Numbered from the stretch's first letter, positions 26,821 through 41,370 are shown. The stretch: 64,000 nt of DNA from Mobula hypostoma (GCF_963921235.1 NC_086109.1:13208001-13272000); one strand, 5' to 3'. The notes: generated by a model not told the origin, from the sequence alone. A program made the numbers and translations.

Positions 26821-27060
26821 AGTGTTGGGCACCTGGCCAAGTGGTTAAGGTGTTTGTCTGGTTATCTCAAGGTCGCTAGTTCAAGCCTCAGCTGTGGCAG
26901 CGGGTTTGTGCCCTTGAGCAAGGCACTTAACCACACATTACTCTAGTGTCTGTGTGAGGAGTGGCGCCCCACACAGCCTTCCCATCTGCGCCTTGCAAGG
27001 CATGAAAATGCCCGACGCAGGCCTCTCATGGTCTAAGTCAACATTCCCTCCCTCCCTCCC
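26821..27060 (+). mobile_element. tRNA-derived SINE, family 2
   Basis: tggccaagtggttaagg head, cccttgagcaaggcactt core, (CCCT)n tail; flanked by direct repeat catgttctcga(t/c)at; second copy at 31478-31708. Confidence 0.8.
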
Positions 27061-28225
27061 CATGTTCTCGACATAAATTGCTTATTTATTTCTTATTATT
27101 TATTTTTTTTGTATTTGCACAGTTTGCTGTCTTTTGCACACTGGTTGAATGATCAAGTTGGTGCAGTCTCTCATTTATAGTTATGGTTACTATTCTATGG
27201 ATTTATTGCGTATGCCCACAAGACAATGAAATCTTAGAGTTGCATATGTTGACATGTATGTGCTTTGATAATAAACTTGCTTTGAATTTTGAAATACAGT
27301 GAATAGTGAAAATACTTAGTAAGTCAAAAATTATCATTAGGGAGAAACGGAATTAAAATTTCAAGTCAATGAGGCGGCACAGTAGCATAGTGGTTAGCAC
27401 AAAACGTTACAGTGCCAACGTCCCAAGTTCCGTTCTCGCCTCTACTTGTATGGAGTTTGTACATTCTCCCTATGACCGCGGTTTCCTCCAGTGATCCCAC
27501 AGCCTACGATGTACCTTTTAGTAGGTTAATTGGCCATTATAAATTGGTCCATGATTAGGCTAGGATTAAATCGGGTGGTTGCTAGGCATGGCATAAAGGG
27601 CCTATTCTGGCTGTATCTCAATTAGTAAATAAAATAATTTTTAAAAAAAATCTTCATAATCTGTTCATGTGGCCACATTATCTATGGACGCAAGAAAAAG
27701 TAATTGATTTCAAATGCTAATGATACCTCTCATTCTGTATCTGTCTGATCTTCTGAGCATCTCCCGCATTTTCGTTTTTATTTTGGATCTCCGGCATCTT
27801 GTTGTATTTCAGTTTGTGTGAGTTTGCAGAGTTTGGTTACAGTAAACTTTGTTTAGCCCTCATTTGAAATATTGTGTTCAGTTCTGGTCACCTCATAACA
27901 GGAAAGATGTGCAGGCTCTGAAGAGGGTGCAGCGGAAGTTCACCAGGATATTGCCAGGATTAGAAAGTATTAACCAGAAAGTGAGGTCTCGTTTTCTCTG
28001 GAGTATCATGGTCTGTGGGGTGATTTCATAGAAGTATTTAACATTAAGAGGGGCATAGACTGAATGTATAGTCGGAATCTCTTTTCCAGGGTAGAAATGT
28101 CAAATATTGGAGGACATACAGTAGATTTAATGTGAGAGGGGGTTAATTTGAGATTTAAGGTGAGAGATGTACAATTTAAGGGAGATTTTCAGGGCAAGTT
28201 TTTAAATAAAGATAGTGGTAGGTCA

Positions 28226-28610
28226 TGGGTGGCGGGATATGTCTCTACCAAAGGAGATGTAAGGTGCTCCTTCCCTCCGCTAGCCTGCTGGTCACCCTTG
28301 GGCAAGGTGTAGCACCTGCTTTGCCCCCCCCGAGTCAGAGTCACATGAAGCCATGGGAGCAGGTGGTGGACGGTCATATGAGCAGCTGGTGCACATCATA
28401 AACCCTGGTTATGCGACCACTGACACCAGGCAGACAGCCTCTGAAGAGTATTGATAATAGGCTTTGGTCACCCATCTTGTAAAGACACTGTCCAGAAGAA
28501 GGCGATGGCAAACCACTTCTGTATGAAAATTTGCCAAGAACAATCATGGTGATGGAAAGCCGGTGATCGCCCACGTCATACAACATGGCACATGATGTTG
28601 ATGATGTGTG
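28226..28610 (+). mobile_element. RTE/BovB-like non-autonomous retroelement
   Basis: 3' motif gaagaaggc.atggcaaaccacttc resembles RTE/BovB-partner tails; (GAT)n end; partial second copy at 41553-41745. Confidence 0.6.
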
Positions 28611-29077
28611 ATAGGTCCCTGGACTGCACTACAAGGGGTGGCGGTGGAAACAGGCATTACAAAGTAATTTAAGAGGCATTTAAACAGATACACAAACATT
28701 CGAGGAATTGATCACGTGCAGGCACATGGGATTGATTTAATCTTGATAAATACAGACTCAATGGATAAAAGGCCTATTCCAATGCTGTGTTGTTTTACGT
28801 TCTTTGTTTCAGACTAATAAGTTCATACATGATTTACATTTTCTTGCTAAATCTGAATGATACAATGTTGCACTTGCTGCTCTCCAAAACAGGTTTCCTC
28901 GTCTAATGTTATACCTTGTGGGTTCAGAACCAATACTCAAATTTAAGAAGTATTGAAAGATTGCGGTTAAAGCCTTGTTCCAATCTGTCATCAGTAAGGA
29001 TACAACCATCAGGACTGATTTTCAGTGATTCATTTGTTTGTGTGTAGTTTTTCACTAATACTATTGTATTTCTTTGT

Positions 29078-29852
29078 TCAAGTTTGTTTAATTGTCATTC
29101 AACCATACATGAATACCCATGAATACAACCAAACTAAACAGTCTTCTTCCAGGGCCAAGGTGTAAGACACAATACTAACAGTCATACACAGCACAAGGCA
29201 CGTATAAGATTGCAGCGAACATGCAGTTGTACAAAAATATATACATTGATGGTGCATGGGTGTTGTCGACAAGAACGAGCAGTTCTCAGCGGTCTTCAGA
29301 CAAGCATACACATGTATGCACGCAATCCAGCTTGTCTTCAACTGAGCAAACACTGGACGGCAGCACCAATGAGATGGGTCAGCCCCCAATCCGGCACGGA
29401 TACCATGCCACAGGGCCTCCAGTGTCTCCTGTCGTGCTCCAGGCAAGCCCAAGGCATGAGGCCTAGACCTCACTACAGCTAAGACCACATGGCTCCCCCA
29501 CCATCGGTCTCACCAATAAACCAGTGTGAACTGGATTTGCAGTATTTTACGGGGTCCAACAGGGTCTTGCGATTGCAAGAAAAATGTCCAAGGCAGTCAC
29601 CCGCATTTAGACTGCACACCACCTTCATGCATCGGTTCTGACACCTTTCTGTAGCAGGCAGCAACACGGTCCGCACCAAGTCTAGCTCCTCTGCTAATGA
29701 GCAACTTGCTGATAAGGTAGATCTGCAGTACTTGAAATTCTTAATGTCCAGCATTGCTTTGCGGTCATTAAAGAAGACATTTTAAAAAAAGGCAAAAGCA
29801 CTTTTGGTTGGCCCCAGAGAGGCTGCTGCAACCAAGCATGCTGCTATCTAAT
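29078..29852 (-). mobile_element. Non-autonomous LINE-derived element
   Basis: Rex/L2-like 3' tail; shares motifs (tggacat, tactg..aga, tcattagcag) with the 52420-52715 remnant. Confidence 0.5.
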
Positions 29853-31477
29853 GTGAATGCCTGCAAGAAAATGAATCCTCAGGTTGTATATGGTGACATA
29901 TGCAGAATTTAATAATAAGTTTACTTTGATCGATAACACACCATCATTTGTACTTGCCTCCCCCTATTATCCCTTCCCCATATTTTCAATACTGACAGCA
30001 TTTGAAGATGTATAAAGTTGTTTAGAAATCACGTTTGGATTGATCAACTTTGTCTGGTCTCCCAGTGTGCTCGTTGTTCGAATACCAACTCTGTGTTGCC
30101 ATTCTCGTTCACTCCTATGTTAGCAATCCAGCTATTTCACATTTAAGGCTTCTCCAGCAGTGATTCATTATTCTGACTGCCAAATATTCTCCTTAATTAA
30201 TTTGAACCCATGGGTTAGGGAGAGAAATTTTACCTTGACTGTAGGGTAACATTGAACGTAATGCAAGATCTATGTTCTGCCCAGTTTGAAAATAACAGCA
30301 CTTGGTGCAAAATCAGTATTAGACCTGATCCTTTGAGCTTCGCATCACCAAGTTCACCTCCAATGGCTCCAGTCACATTAAACTATTCTTTCAATAATAT
30401 GGCTGTGGTAGCTACTATTCCCCAAATATCCTCCTGCTATCATATTAGCTATTTGCCCTAATTTATCAACAGAATGAAATTATACTATGATCCTTTATTA
30501 AAAACAGAAAATACTGGAGAGACCCTGCAGGTCTGGCAGCCACTGTGAAGAGCGAGAGAATAAGTCAAATTTATTTCAGATATCCCATATTTGCATTATC
30601 TTGCTAGGAACATTTTGTGCATTTTTTTGTTAATACTCATTATTCTTCCTGTTTGCTAATACTTGCTGGGGAGCTTTAGAGGGGTGCAGAAGAAATGCTG
30701 CCTTGATTAGAGACCGTGTCTTATGCCAATGTCTTTTGTCAATGTCTTATGAGGTTGGTCTGAATGAGCTAGGGTTTTTCTCTTTGGAGCGACGGACAAT
30801 GGCAGGCGACTTGATAGAGGTGTATAAGATGAGCAGACAGCCAAAAGCTTTTCCAAGATTGGGAATGGGTAATATGTATCTTTTTATTTATTTAGAGATA
30901 CGGAGTGGAATAGACCCTTCCAGCCCTTCGAGCTGCACCGCCCTGTAACCCCTGGATTTAACACTCGCCTAATCGCGAAACAATTTACAATGACTGACTA
31001 ACTCACTAACCGGTACATTTTTAAACTCTGGGAGGAAAGGGAAACTCTGGCATTCCACGGGAGGGATGTACAGACTCCTTACAGATGATGTCGGAATTGA
31101 TTTTCCAACTCCAATGGCTCAACTCAAGCACTATCCGCTACATTATCGTGGCGCCCCAGGGAGGGCATGGGGAACATAATATGAAGAGAATAATTTTAAG
31201 TTGATTGGAGGAATGTATGGAGGGGGTGAATGTCAGCTGTAAGTTTTTTTTCACAGGGAGTGGTGGGTGTGTAGAATGCACTGTCAGTGTGGCGATACTT
31301 TCGGGGGATTTAAGATCATCTTAGATACGCACATGGATAATGCAAAAAATGGAGGTTTATGTAGGAGGAGAAGGTTAGATTGATCTTGGAATAGATTAAA
31401 AGTCAGCACAACATCGTGGGCCAAAGGGCCTGTATTGCACTGTACTGTAGAGTTTCATGTTTCTACGTTACTTGTGT

Positions 31478-31708
31478 AGTGTTGGGCACGTGGCCAAGTG
31501 GTTAAGGCGTTCGTCTAGTTACCTCAAGGTTGCTAGTTCGAGTGTCAGCTGTGGCAGCATGTTTGTGCCCTTCAGCAAGGCACTTAATCACACATTGCTC
31601 TAGTCTGTGCAAGGAGTGGCGCCCCACACAGACTTCCAATCTGCGCCTTGTAAGGCATGAAAATGCCCGATGCTCTCACGGTCTGAGTCGGCGTTCCCTC
31701 CCTCCCCT
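31478..31708 (+). mobile_element. tRNA-derived SINE, family 2
   Basis: Colinear with 26821-27060. Confidence 0.8.
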
Positions 31709-32884
31709 GTGTAGCTGCCATGGGGGAAGACATGGAACTGTACTTAGCTGACTAGAGAATTAGCTAAAAACAAGTGGAGTCTAACAAATAATAAGTTGAG
31801 CAAGGCAAAGAACCAATGCCTTTGATTCTGAAGGAGAAACCAGTCTTATTAACCAATTATTAATTAACGGACCACAATTGGTAATTCAGATTACTGGATG
31901 CTCTGCAGCCCCAGAACATGGTAATTTCATGGGGCATTGTGAAGTTGCTTTGTGTCTGTTTGCATTTTAACCTAGTATTATTTCACAAGTAAGCAATTAT
32001 AATGTCACAAGAACACTATTTTACCACAGTACTTCTAAGTTGTATTATTTAATTGACAAATGTGTTGTTGGTTGCATAACCCAGAATCGTTGGAAAACTA
32101 AAAAGAGTGATTTATATTATTCAAGAAAATCAGGCTGTTGAACCAACGCGGATAACTTCACGTGCCCCGTCATTGAATTGTTCCCACAACTACTGGGCTG
32201 ACTTTCAAGGACTCTTCATCTCATGTTCTTGGTAGTTATTGCTTATTTATTTACTATTATTATTTCTTTCTTTTTGTATTTGCACAGTTCACACATTGTT
32301 TTCTCCACACTAATTAAATGCCCAAGTTGGGTGGTCTTTTGTAGATCCCGTTATGGTTATTATTCTATGGTTTTATTGAGTATGCCCACAAGAAAATGAA
32401 TCTCTGGGTTGTATATGGTGATACATATGTACTCTGATAATAAATTTACTTGGAACTTTAAAGTTAATTTAATTTTCATTAAGGAATTAAAAATAAAGTC
32501 TTTGCCCCTTGATCCAGATTTCTTAGTCTAACAATAAACTGCGGTTTTATAACCTAATTTGAACTAAACGAAAAGCAGGTCCATACTTGCCTGTAGGACC
32601 TGGTTCGGGGATGATACGCAGAATGGCACGATGGTGCAGCAGCCTTACAGAGCTCGTCGCAGACCACGATGCTGTCTGTGTGAAGTTTGCAGATTCTCCT
32701 CTGTCTCTGTGGGCTTCTACTGGGTGCATTGCTTTCCCCCCACATCCCAAAGATGTGCTCTTATGTCAAGTGTTCATTTTAAATTATGAAAGTAATAAGA
32801 CCTTTGCTTGATTTGGTAATGCTAATAGCTTGAGGTGACACTCTGGTATTTGTCTTTACTACTCGCAGGGTCTGTAAAATTGGA

Positions 32885-33680
32885 TTCAATAGATATATTT
32901 AATGTCAGAGAAATGTATACAATATACATCCTGACAATCTTATTCTTCACAAATATCCACAAAAGCAGAGGAGTGCCCCAAAGAATGAATGACACTTAAA
33001 TGTTAGAACCCCAAAGCACCTCCCATCTCCCCCCTCCAATGCACAAGCAACAGCAAAGCAATGACCCCCCCTCCACCAACAATAAAGCATCAGCACCCCC
33101 CACCGAGCACTCAAGTGCTCGAGCAGCAAAGCATCAATAAAGATACAGACTTGCAGTACCCCAAAGACTACTCGTTCACCCGCTAATTCAACATATCACA
33201 GGCTCTCTCTCGCCCTTGTAAGGGAAAAAGAGGTGTCCCTGTTTCAAGCAAAAGGGGAGACATAACAAAACAACTCGCTGATTTATGGGGATAAGAATCT
33301 GCTGCGTGGTTCTTTTCCAAGCTCTGTGCCTCTGGGCACAAAGCCAGCAGGAAGCCTGCTGCTTCCAATCTTCCTTGTTCTCCCGCGACACATCAGTCGG
33401 CAACACCGGCCTTGAATCAGCCCACCTCCAGAGCCACGAAAATCCGGCACTCTGAAGGTATGCTAGTCCTCCAGGCCATGTCCTTGGGATATCAAAAAGC
33501 AGCCAGTCGTGAGGCCCTGAGAGCAGGTCCCATTTTCACAAAGAACCAAAACCAGAGTGTAACTCCAGGTCAGGGTCTTCAAAATAACCTTGAAAGGGAG
33601 GGAAAAAAGATATTAAAGATAGAAATAAAGCTGTTTCGCAAGCAAACGAGTGGCCGTTTAGCACCATCATCACTAAGCTC
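32885..33680 (-). mobile_element. Non-autonomous LINE-tail element
   Basis: Ends in tcaggatgtatattgtatacatttctctgacattaaa, similar to other Rex/L2-type tails in the window. Confidence 0.5.
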
Positions 33681-34227
33681 CAACCTCTTCACTAGGCTCC
33701 ACCCTCTTTAATGACCATAATCAGTTCTATGTCCTTTCTTGATGCAGAAACATGAGGGTATGCCAGTGATTCTACTTCTTTAGGAGTTTGGGGAGACTTG
33801 TTTTGACACCAGATTTCTATAGATGCACGGTGGAGAGCATTCTGAGTGGACTCATCGTAACCTGGTATGGAGGCTGCAATGCCCAGGATTGCTAGAGGCT
33901 GCAGAGGTTTAGAGGCTCAGCTAGCTCCATCATGACAGCAACCCTCCCCACCACTGAGGACATCTTCAAGAAGCCAGTACATCAAGAAGGAGGCAACGTC
34001 ATTCAGAACCCTCACCATCCGAGATGTGTCCTCTTCACATTACCATCATTTGAGAAGGTGGTACAGGAACCTGAAGGCCCACACTCAACATTTTAGAAAC
34101 AGCTTCTTGCCCTCCACCATCAGATTTCTGAACCGTCCATGAACACTACCTCGTTTGTTTCCTTTTGGTTTTGCACTATTTATGTTTGTAAGTTTTATTT
34201 CTTTGCACTCTACTGTTGCTTGTTGGA

Positions 34228-35010
34228 CAATAGAAACATGGAAAACCTACAGCACAGTACAGGCCCTTCAGCCCACAATGTTGTGCTGAATATGTCCCTA
34301 CCTTAGAAATTACTAGGCTTACCCATAGCCCTCTATTATTTCTAAGCTCCATGTATCTATCCAAAAGTCTCCTAAAAGACCCTATCATATCTGCCTCCAC
34401 CACCGTTGCCGGCAGCCCATTCCACACACTCATCACTCTCTACGTAAAAAACTTACCCCTGACATCTCCTCTGTACCTACTCCCCAGCACCTTAAACCTG
34501 TGTCCTCTTGTGGCAACCATTTCAGCCCTGGGAAAAGCCTCTGACTATCCACACGATCAATGCCTCTCGTCATCTTATACACTTCTATCAGGTTACCTCT
34601 CATCCTCCGTCGCTCCAAGGAGAAAAGGCCGAGTTCACTCAACCTGTTTTCATAAGGCATGCTCCCCAACCCAGGCAACATCCTTGTAAATCTCCTCTGC
34701 ACCCTTTCTATGGCTGCCACATCCTTCCTGTAGTGAGACGACCAGAACTGAGCACAGTACTCCAAGTGGGGCCTGACCAGGGTCCTATATAGCTGCAACA
34801 TTACCTCTCGGCTCCTAAATTCAATTCCACGATTAATGAAGGCCAACACACTGTATGTCTTCTTAACCACAGAGTCAACCTGCGCAGCTGCTTTGAGTGT
34901 CCTATGGACTTGGACCCCAAGATCCCTCTTATCCTCCACACTGCCAAGAGTCTAACCATTAATACTATATTCTGCCATCATACTTGACCTACCAAAATCA
35001 ACCACTTCAT
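34228..35010 (-). mobile_element. CR1 RT C-terminus and 3' end
   Basis: ORF 34433-34939 RDLGVQVH...LVRPHLEYCAQFWS. Confidence 0.92.
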
Positions 35011-35045
35011 GATTAAACTTCATAATTCATAGATTAAATCATGTG

Positions 35046-35363
35046 CAAAGTTCCCTCTAGGGTGTGCTCATCTTTTGCTACTTGCGCACAAAGGAACTTA
35101 AAGTGCGCTCAAGGATGTCACCCTCTACCTTTTTGGCTTGTTAAGTATATTTCACGATCGTACACAATCACATTTCCTTTTCCGGCTTCTGATGCGGATG
35201 GTGTTGACAATGTGGAGTCTGCAATGATTTGTCTGCAGGTTTTAGAACTGGCTTATTTATACTGTTTTTATTGAAGAATTTTTTCAGTGCGTACACTGGG
35301 CAAAAAATTTCACAGCACAAGATTTTTGTGCACACTGGTCATTACAAATTAGAGGGGACATTG
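35046..35363. mobile_element. hAT-like MITE
   Basis: TIRs caaagttccctcta / tagaggggacattg; imperfect 8-bp flanks atcatgtg / gtcacgtg. Confidence 0.6.
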
Positions 35364-36639
35364 GTCACGTGTCAGTGATGATAAATCTGATTCTAATTTT
35401 GAATTTAGAATACCATAAGAATTCAAAATAAAATTCACATAATACAATCAATCTGAATTCTAATCAAAGTTCAAAGTAAATTGATTATCAAATTACCTAT
35501 CTGTCACCATATACAAACTTGAGATTCATTTTCTTGTGGGTATACTCAATAAATCCATAGAATAATAACCATAATGGAATCAATGAATGACCTGACCATA
35601 AATGTCAACCAGTGTGCAAAAGACAACAGAAAGAAAGAAATAATAATAAAAAATAAGTAAATAATAAATATTGAGAACATGAGATAAAGAGTCCTTGAAT
35701 GTGAATTAATTGGTTATGAGACATTTAACTTTGGAAGTGGAACTGAGTTAATGTTTTTTTCTCATTGCTTGCATACTGACAGAAGACTTAAATGTAAATG
35801 CATTCCTTGTGTAAGATTTGTATAGCAACAGTCAGAACCTCGGCACACCCAAAGTACTTTACTGAATTGATAACTTTTAAGTGCAGCTACTGTTCCGAAA
35901 TATCGAAAGATACAGCACGCAGTTTGGATAAATATCAGGCTCCAGAAACACAAATGTGATAGTGATGAGATGACACACAAAGCGCTGGAGGACTTAACAG
36001 GTCAGGCAGTATCTGTGGCAGGATATGTGATCTACCTCAATGTGTACTGTGTCATATGGTGCTTTTAACTTCGTTCAGATTATGGTTTAAACCCACATGA
36101 TCAGATAATCTATTTTATGATGATCTGGGGTAAATATTGGTCCTTCGGCACGAGAAGCTTTTCTGCTTTTCTTCCCCATGGTCCTGTGAAGCTTTATATC
36201 TGCATTTAAGAGAGAGTGTGTGCTGCAGGTTAATGCAAAAGACTATGACTCCCATCAGTCCAATAGTCCTGTGCTGCCATGGCAACGTGACTAATGACAC
36301 TTAAGTCTCAAGGGGAAACATTCTGAGAAACAGAGGAGATTCTGCAGATGCTGAAAATCTTGAGCAACACACACAAAATGCTGGAGGAACTGGTTAGGAA
36401 GGAATAAAGAGTTGATGTTTTGGGCTGAAACCCTTCATCGGGAAACATTTTCAAGACTTCCATCTGAATTAATCAAGAGTTCTGACTGGAGTTCAGAGAC
36501 TGCTGGATAAATTCTAGCTATCCCGGTGGGTCAGTAGGTCAATTTGATCTCCCCACCAAATTTCTCAGTGTTTCCACCACTTCTGCCTCCAAGGCTCTGA
36601 TTTAGCAGAGGATGGGACTCCACCCACTTTGTGACACAA

Positions 36640-38355
36640 TAATAAATATACCATCTTGGGTACTGTTAAGGGGGATGACCAACCAGGGGGAACTGAAGTG
36701 ACCAGGTCTCTGGAACTGAGTCTGGCGCTGTGGCTCAGTAGGGAAGAGAGGTCAAGAGGACTGCAGTAGCGATAGGAGATTCCATAGTTAGAGGAATAGA
36801 GACAAGATTCTGTGGATGTAATAGAGACACTCGGATGATACATTGCTCCCCAGGTGCCAGGGTCAGGGATGTGTCAGATTGGGTCCACGGCATTCTAAAG
36901 GTGAGAGTGAGCAGCTAGAGATCTTGGTATAGTTTGGAACCAGTGACATAGGTAGGAAAGATGAGGAAGTCCTGAAAAGAGATTTTAGGGAGATAGGTAG
37001 AAAGCTGAAAAGCAGGACCACCAAGGTAGTAATCTCTGGATCGCTGCTTGTGTCATGCGCCAGTGAGATAAATGCATGGCTGAGGAACTGGTGCAGGGGG
37101 CAGGGGTTCAGATTTCTGTATCATTGGGATCACCTCTGGAAAAGGGACGTGTTACACCAAGGAGGACCAATATCCTTGGGGGCAGGTTTACTACAGCTGT
37201 TCAGGAGGGTTTAAGCTAACTTGGCAGGGGGATGTGAACAAGAGTGATAGAGCTGATGATGGGCTAGTTTGTTTCCAAACAGAGGCAGTGCATAGTGAGA
37301 CTGATAGCGAGGAGAGGCTGATGATAGGGCAAAATTGCAGTCAATGGGATGAGTTGCAATGTAAAGGAGAGACAAAATCACAAAGGATGAGTACAGGATG
37401 GAAGGCGTTATATTTGAATGCTCGCAGTATACGGAATAAGGGAGATGAAATTGTAGCACAGTTGCAGATTGGCATGAATGAAGCTGTGTGCATCACTGAA
37501 TCATGGCTGAAAGAAGATTATAGCTGGGAGCTTAATGTCCAAGGATACACATTGTATTGGAAAGACAGGTAGGTAGGCAGAGGAAGGGGTATTGGAAAAA
37601 CAGGTAGGTAGGCAGAGGAGGGGGTATTGGAACTACAGGTAGGTAAGCAGTGGAGGAGTTATCGGAAGGACAGATAGGTAGGCAGAGGAGGTGGGTGGCT
37701 CTTTTGGTAAAACATGAAATCAAATCCTTTGAAAGGATTTCTAGGAAAGTTTTTAATCGTTGTAGGTAAAGCTAAGGAACTGCAAGGGTAAAAAGACCCT
37801 TGGGAGTTATATACAGACCCCCAAACAGTAGTAAAGGTGTAGTCTACAAATTACAATGGGAGATAGAAAATGCATGTCTAAAGGGCAATGTTATGACAGT
37901 CAAGGGGATTTCAATGTGCAGGTAGGTGGGGAAAATCAGGTTGGTGCTGAATCCCAAGAGGGAGAATATGTAGATTGCCTACAAGATTGCTTTTTAGAGC
38001 TGCTTGAGATTGAGCCCACTAAGGGATCAGCTATTCTAGGTTGGGTGTTAAGCAATGAACTGAAATTGATTACAGAGCATAAGCTAAAAGAAACCTTAGG
38101 GGCCGGTGATCGTAATATGATAGAATTCACCCTCCAATTTGCGTGAGAGAAGCTAAAGTCAACGTATCAGTATTAAAGTTGAGTAAAGGGAATTACAGAG
38201 GCATGAAAGGAACTGGCCAAAGTTGATTGGAAGGGGACCCTGGCAGGGATGACGGCAGTGCAGCAATGGCTGGAGTTTATGGGAGAAATTAGGAAGGCAC
38301 ATGATAAATACATCAAAAGAAGAAGGTATTCTAAAGGCAAGATGTTGAAAATGTG
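36640..38355 (+). mobile_element. Degenerate CR1 5' part (ORF1 esterase-like region and APE endonuclease)
   Basis: IGDSIVRG-type ORF1 motif; LYLNARSIRNK, ITESWL and GDFNV endonuclease motifs with stops. Confidence 0.85.
37555..37695. repeat. ~34-bp minisatellite (4 copies) inside the CR1 APE region
   Basis: Repeated tattggaa..acaggtaggtaggcagagga.gggg. Confidence 0.85.
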
Positions 38356-39451
38356 GCTGTCAAATAGCGACAGCAACTCAGGTTCAATTCTCACCGCTGT
38401 CTGTAAGGAGCTTTTTTGTTCTTCCCCTGACCACCTGGGCTTCCTCTAGGTGCTCCAGTGTCCTCTCTCATCTGAAAGGCAAACAAGTTAGTACTTTAAT
38501 TGGTCATGTTGGTCTGACTGGGCGGCAGGGATTCGTTGGGCTTGAAGGGCTGTTATCGTGCAGTATCTCTAAAATTAAAAGTAGCTGCAATGACACCCCT
38601 ACCAACATCCAGGAACCATGATTTCAGCAAAAGACAAGAAGGAAAGAAGATACACATTGTTACCAGTTCTGACTTGCGTCTACAGTGTGCCAATAACTGC
38701 TCAAACACTCAGGAATGAAACCTGTTGCCTTTTAGAGAGCAGCCCTTGCATTCCAGCTCACCAGATAGTCTGCATTTAATTGTAGCTTCTTAGATTCCCA
38801 TTGTTCAAGGTGCTTCATATCACATTGACAAGTCAGTGCGTAAAGTAAACCTATTGCTTTCCATGCAGAGCCCTGCTTTCTGTAGGTTCATCAGGTAACT
38901 GCATCATCTTGTACATGCAGTTGAGCAGAAGAAGCAACCAGTTCTGGGTCACTCTGTCTTACTTAATTAAAAAATACTCATGTAAAAAAAATTGAGACAT
39001 AGAGCAGTACAGCACACAAACAGGCCCTTCAGCCCTTCTAGTTTATGCTGAACTGTTATTCTGCCAAGTCCCAACAGCCTGTACCGGACCATCGCCCTCC
39101 ACATTTCTCCCATCCATGTACAGTCCTCTTAAATCAGAATCACGTTTAATATCGCCAGCATACTGTACGTTGTGAAATTTGTTAACTTTTTGGCAGCAGT
39201 ACAATGCAATACATGATAATATAGAAAAAAAACTGTGAATTACAGTAAGTATATACAGAAAGTAGTCAAATTAAATAAATAGTGCAAAAATAGGAAATAA
39301 AAAGTTGTGAGGTAGTGTTCATGGGTTCAATGTCCATTCAGAAATTGGATGGCAGATGGGAAGAAGCTGTTCCTGAATCGTTGGGTCTGTGCCTTCAGGC
39401 TCCTGTACCTCCTTCCCAATGGTAACAATGAGAAGAGGGCATTTAATTTAA

Positions 39452-40272
39452 TGTGGATAAATGTGAAGTTATCCACTTTGGTGGCAAAAATAGGAAAACA
39501 GATTATTATCTGAATGGTGGCCGATTAGGAAAAGGGGAGGTGCAACGAGACCTGGGTGTCATTGTACACCAGTCATTGAAAGTGGGCATGCAGGTACAGC
39601 AGGCGGTGAAAAAGGCGAATGGTATGCTGGCATTTATAGCGAGAGGATTCGAGTACAGGAGCAGGGAGGTACTACTGCAGTTGTACAAGGCCTTGGTGAG
39701 ACCACACCTGGAGTATTGTGTGCAGTTTTGGTCCCCTAATCTGAGGAAAGACATCCTTGCCTTAGAGGGAGTACAAAGAAGGTTCACCAGATTGATTCCT
39801 GGGATGGCAGGACTTTCATATGAAGAAAGACTGGATGAACTGGGCTTGTACTCGTTGGCATTTAGAAGATTGAGGGGGGATCTGATTGAAACGTATAAGA
39901 TCCTAAAGGGATTGGACAGGCTAGATGCAGGAAGATTGTTCCCAATGTTGGGGAAGTCCAGAATTTGGCCACAGTTTGAGGATAGAGGGGAAGCCTTTTA
40001 GGACCGAGATTAGGAAAAACTTCTTCACACAGAGAGTGGTGAATCTGTGGAATTCTCTGCCACAGGAAACAGTTGAGGCCAGTTCATTGGCTATATTTAA
40101 GAGGGAGTTAGATATGGCCCTTGTGGCTACGGGGGTCAGGGGGTATGGAGGGAAGGCTGGGGCGGGGTTCTGAGTTGGATGATCAGCCATGATCATAATA
40201 AATGGCGGTGCAGGCTCGAAGGGCCGAATGGCCTACTCCTGCACCTATTTTCTATGTTTCTATGTTTCTATG
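39452..40272 (+). mobile_element. Young 5'-truncated CR1
   Basis: ORF DKCEVIHFG...RPHLEYCVQFWSP; (TTTCTATG)n tail. Confidence 0.93.
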
Positions 40273-40949
40273 TCCTGGGTGCTGGGCATGCACTTCCACC
40301 ACTTCCTCTGGCAGCTTATTATACCAACCTACCACCCTCTGAGTGAAGAAGTTTCACCCAGGTTCCCCTTAAATATTTCACCTTTCAACATTAACCTATC
40401 ACCTCTAATCTCACCCAACCCCAGTGAAAAAAGACTGTCTGCATTTATCCCTCATAATTTTGTATACCTCTATCAAATCTCCCCTCACTCTCTTACACTC
40501 CAAGGGATAAAGTCCTGATTCAGCCTTTCTCTATAACTCATAAGTACACTCTATACACCCTATGTCATAAAGTTCCTCAAGTCCTTTCAACATGCTTGTT
40601 AAGTCTATCTGCATTCTCTCAATCTAATTGATAACTTTCCTGTAGGCGCATGACCAATGTTTAAGAAGGTATCTTGGGGAACTCTTCCTGTTTTTCTGTT
40701 GGAAGGCATTGTGATACATCTTACAATCAAATCTTAGCTGGGTGTAATTGGAGTTGCAATTTGTACCAGAGTACATGGTGTAAAATTGAAGAAATGTACA
40801 ATTAGACGGTGTTCCTGATGTTCCCTTCAGTTGATTGCCTGATTGGACAGGCTGGAACTTTGTGTTCCTGGGGCTCTGCTTCAATATCCTATTGATCATA
40901 TGTATATAGTTGGAATAAACATAGTCTCCTACAAATGAGTTATAAGTAA

Positions 40950-41370
40950 ATGTTGAATAAATTAGGGCTTTATGCCTTGAAATGTAGAAGACTAAGAGGA
41001 GATTTAACAGTGGTATACAAAATTATGAAGGGTATAAAAAAGGTAAATGCAAGCAAGCTTTTTCCACTGAGGTTGGGTGGGACCACAACCAGAGGTCATG
41101 GGTTAAGGGTGAAAGGTGAAAAGTTTAAGGGGAACATGAGGGGAAACTATTTCACGCAGAGGGTTGTGAGAGTGTGGAATGAGCTGCCAGCACAAGTGAT
41201 GTACACGAGCTTGATTTCGATGTTTAAGCGAAGTTTGGATAGGTACATAGGTGGTAGGGGTATGGAGGAGCTCGTCCCACTGCAGGTCGATGGCAATAGG
41301 CAGTTTACATAGTTTGGCATGGACTAGATGGGCTGAAGGGTCTGTTTCTGTGCTGCACTTATCTATGATT
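40950..41370 (+). mobile_element. CR1 3' fragment
   Basis: TRGHGLRVKG..FTQRVVRVWNELP. Confidence 0.88.

Noticed and set aside
38886..38894. 9-nt microexon-like motif tttctgtag|gttcatcag|gtaact
   Set aside because: Isolated, with no supporting gene context; expected by chance
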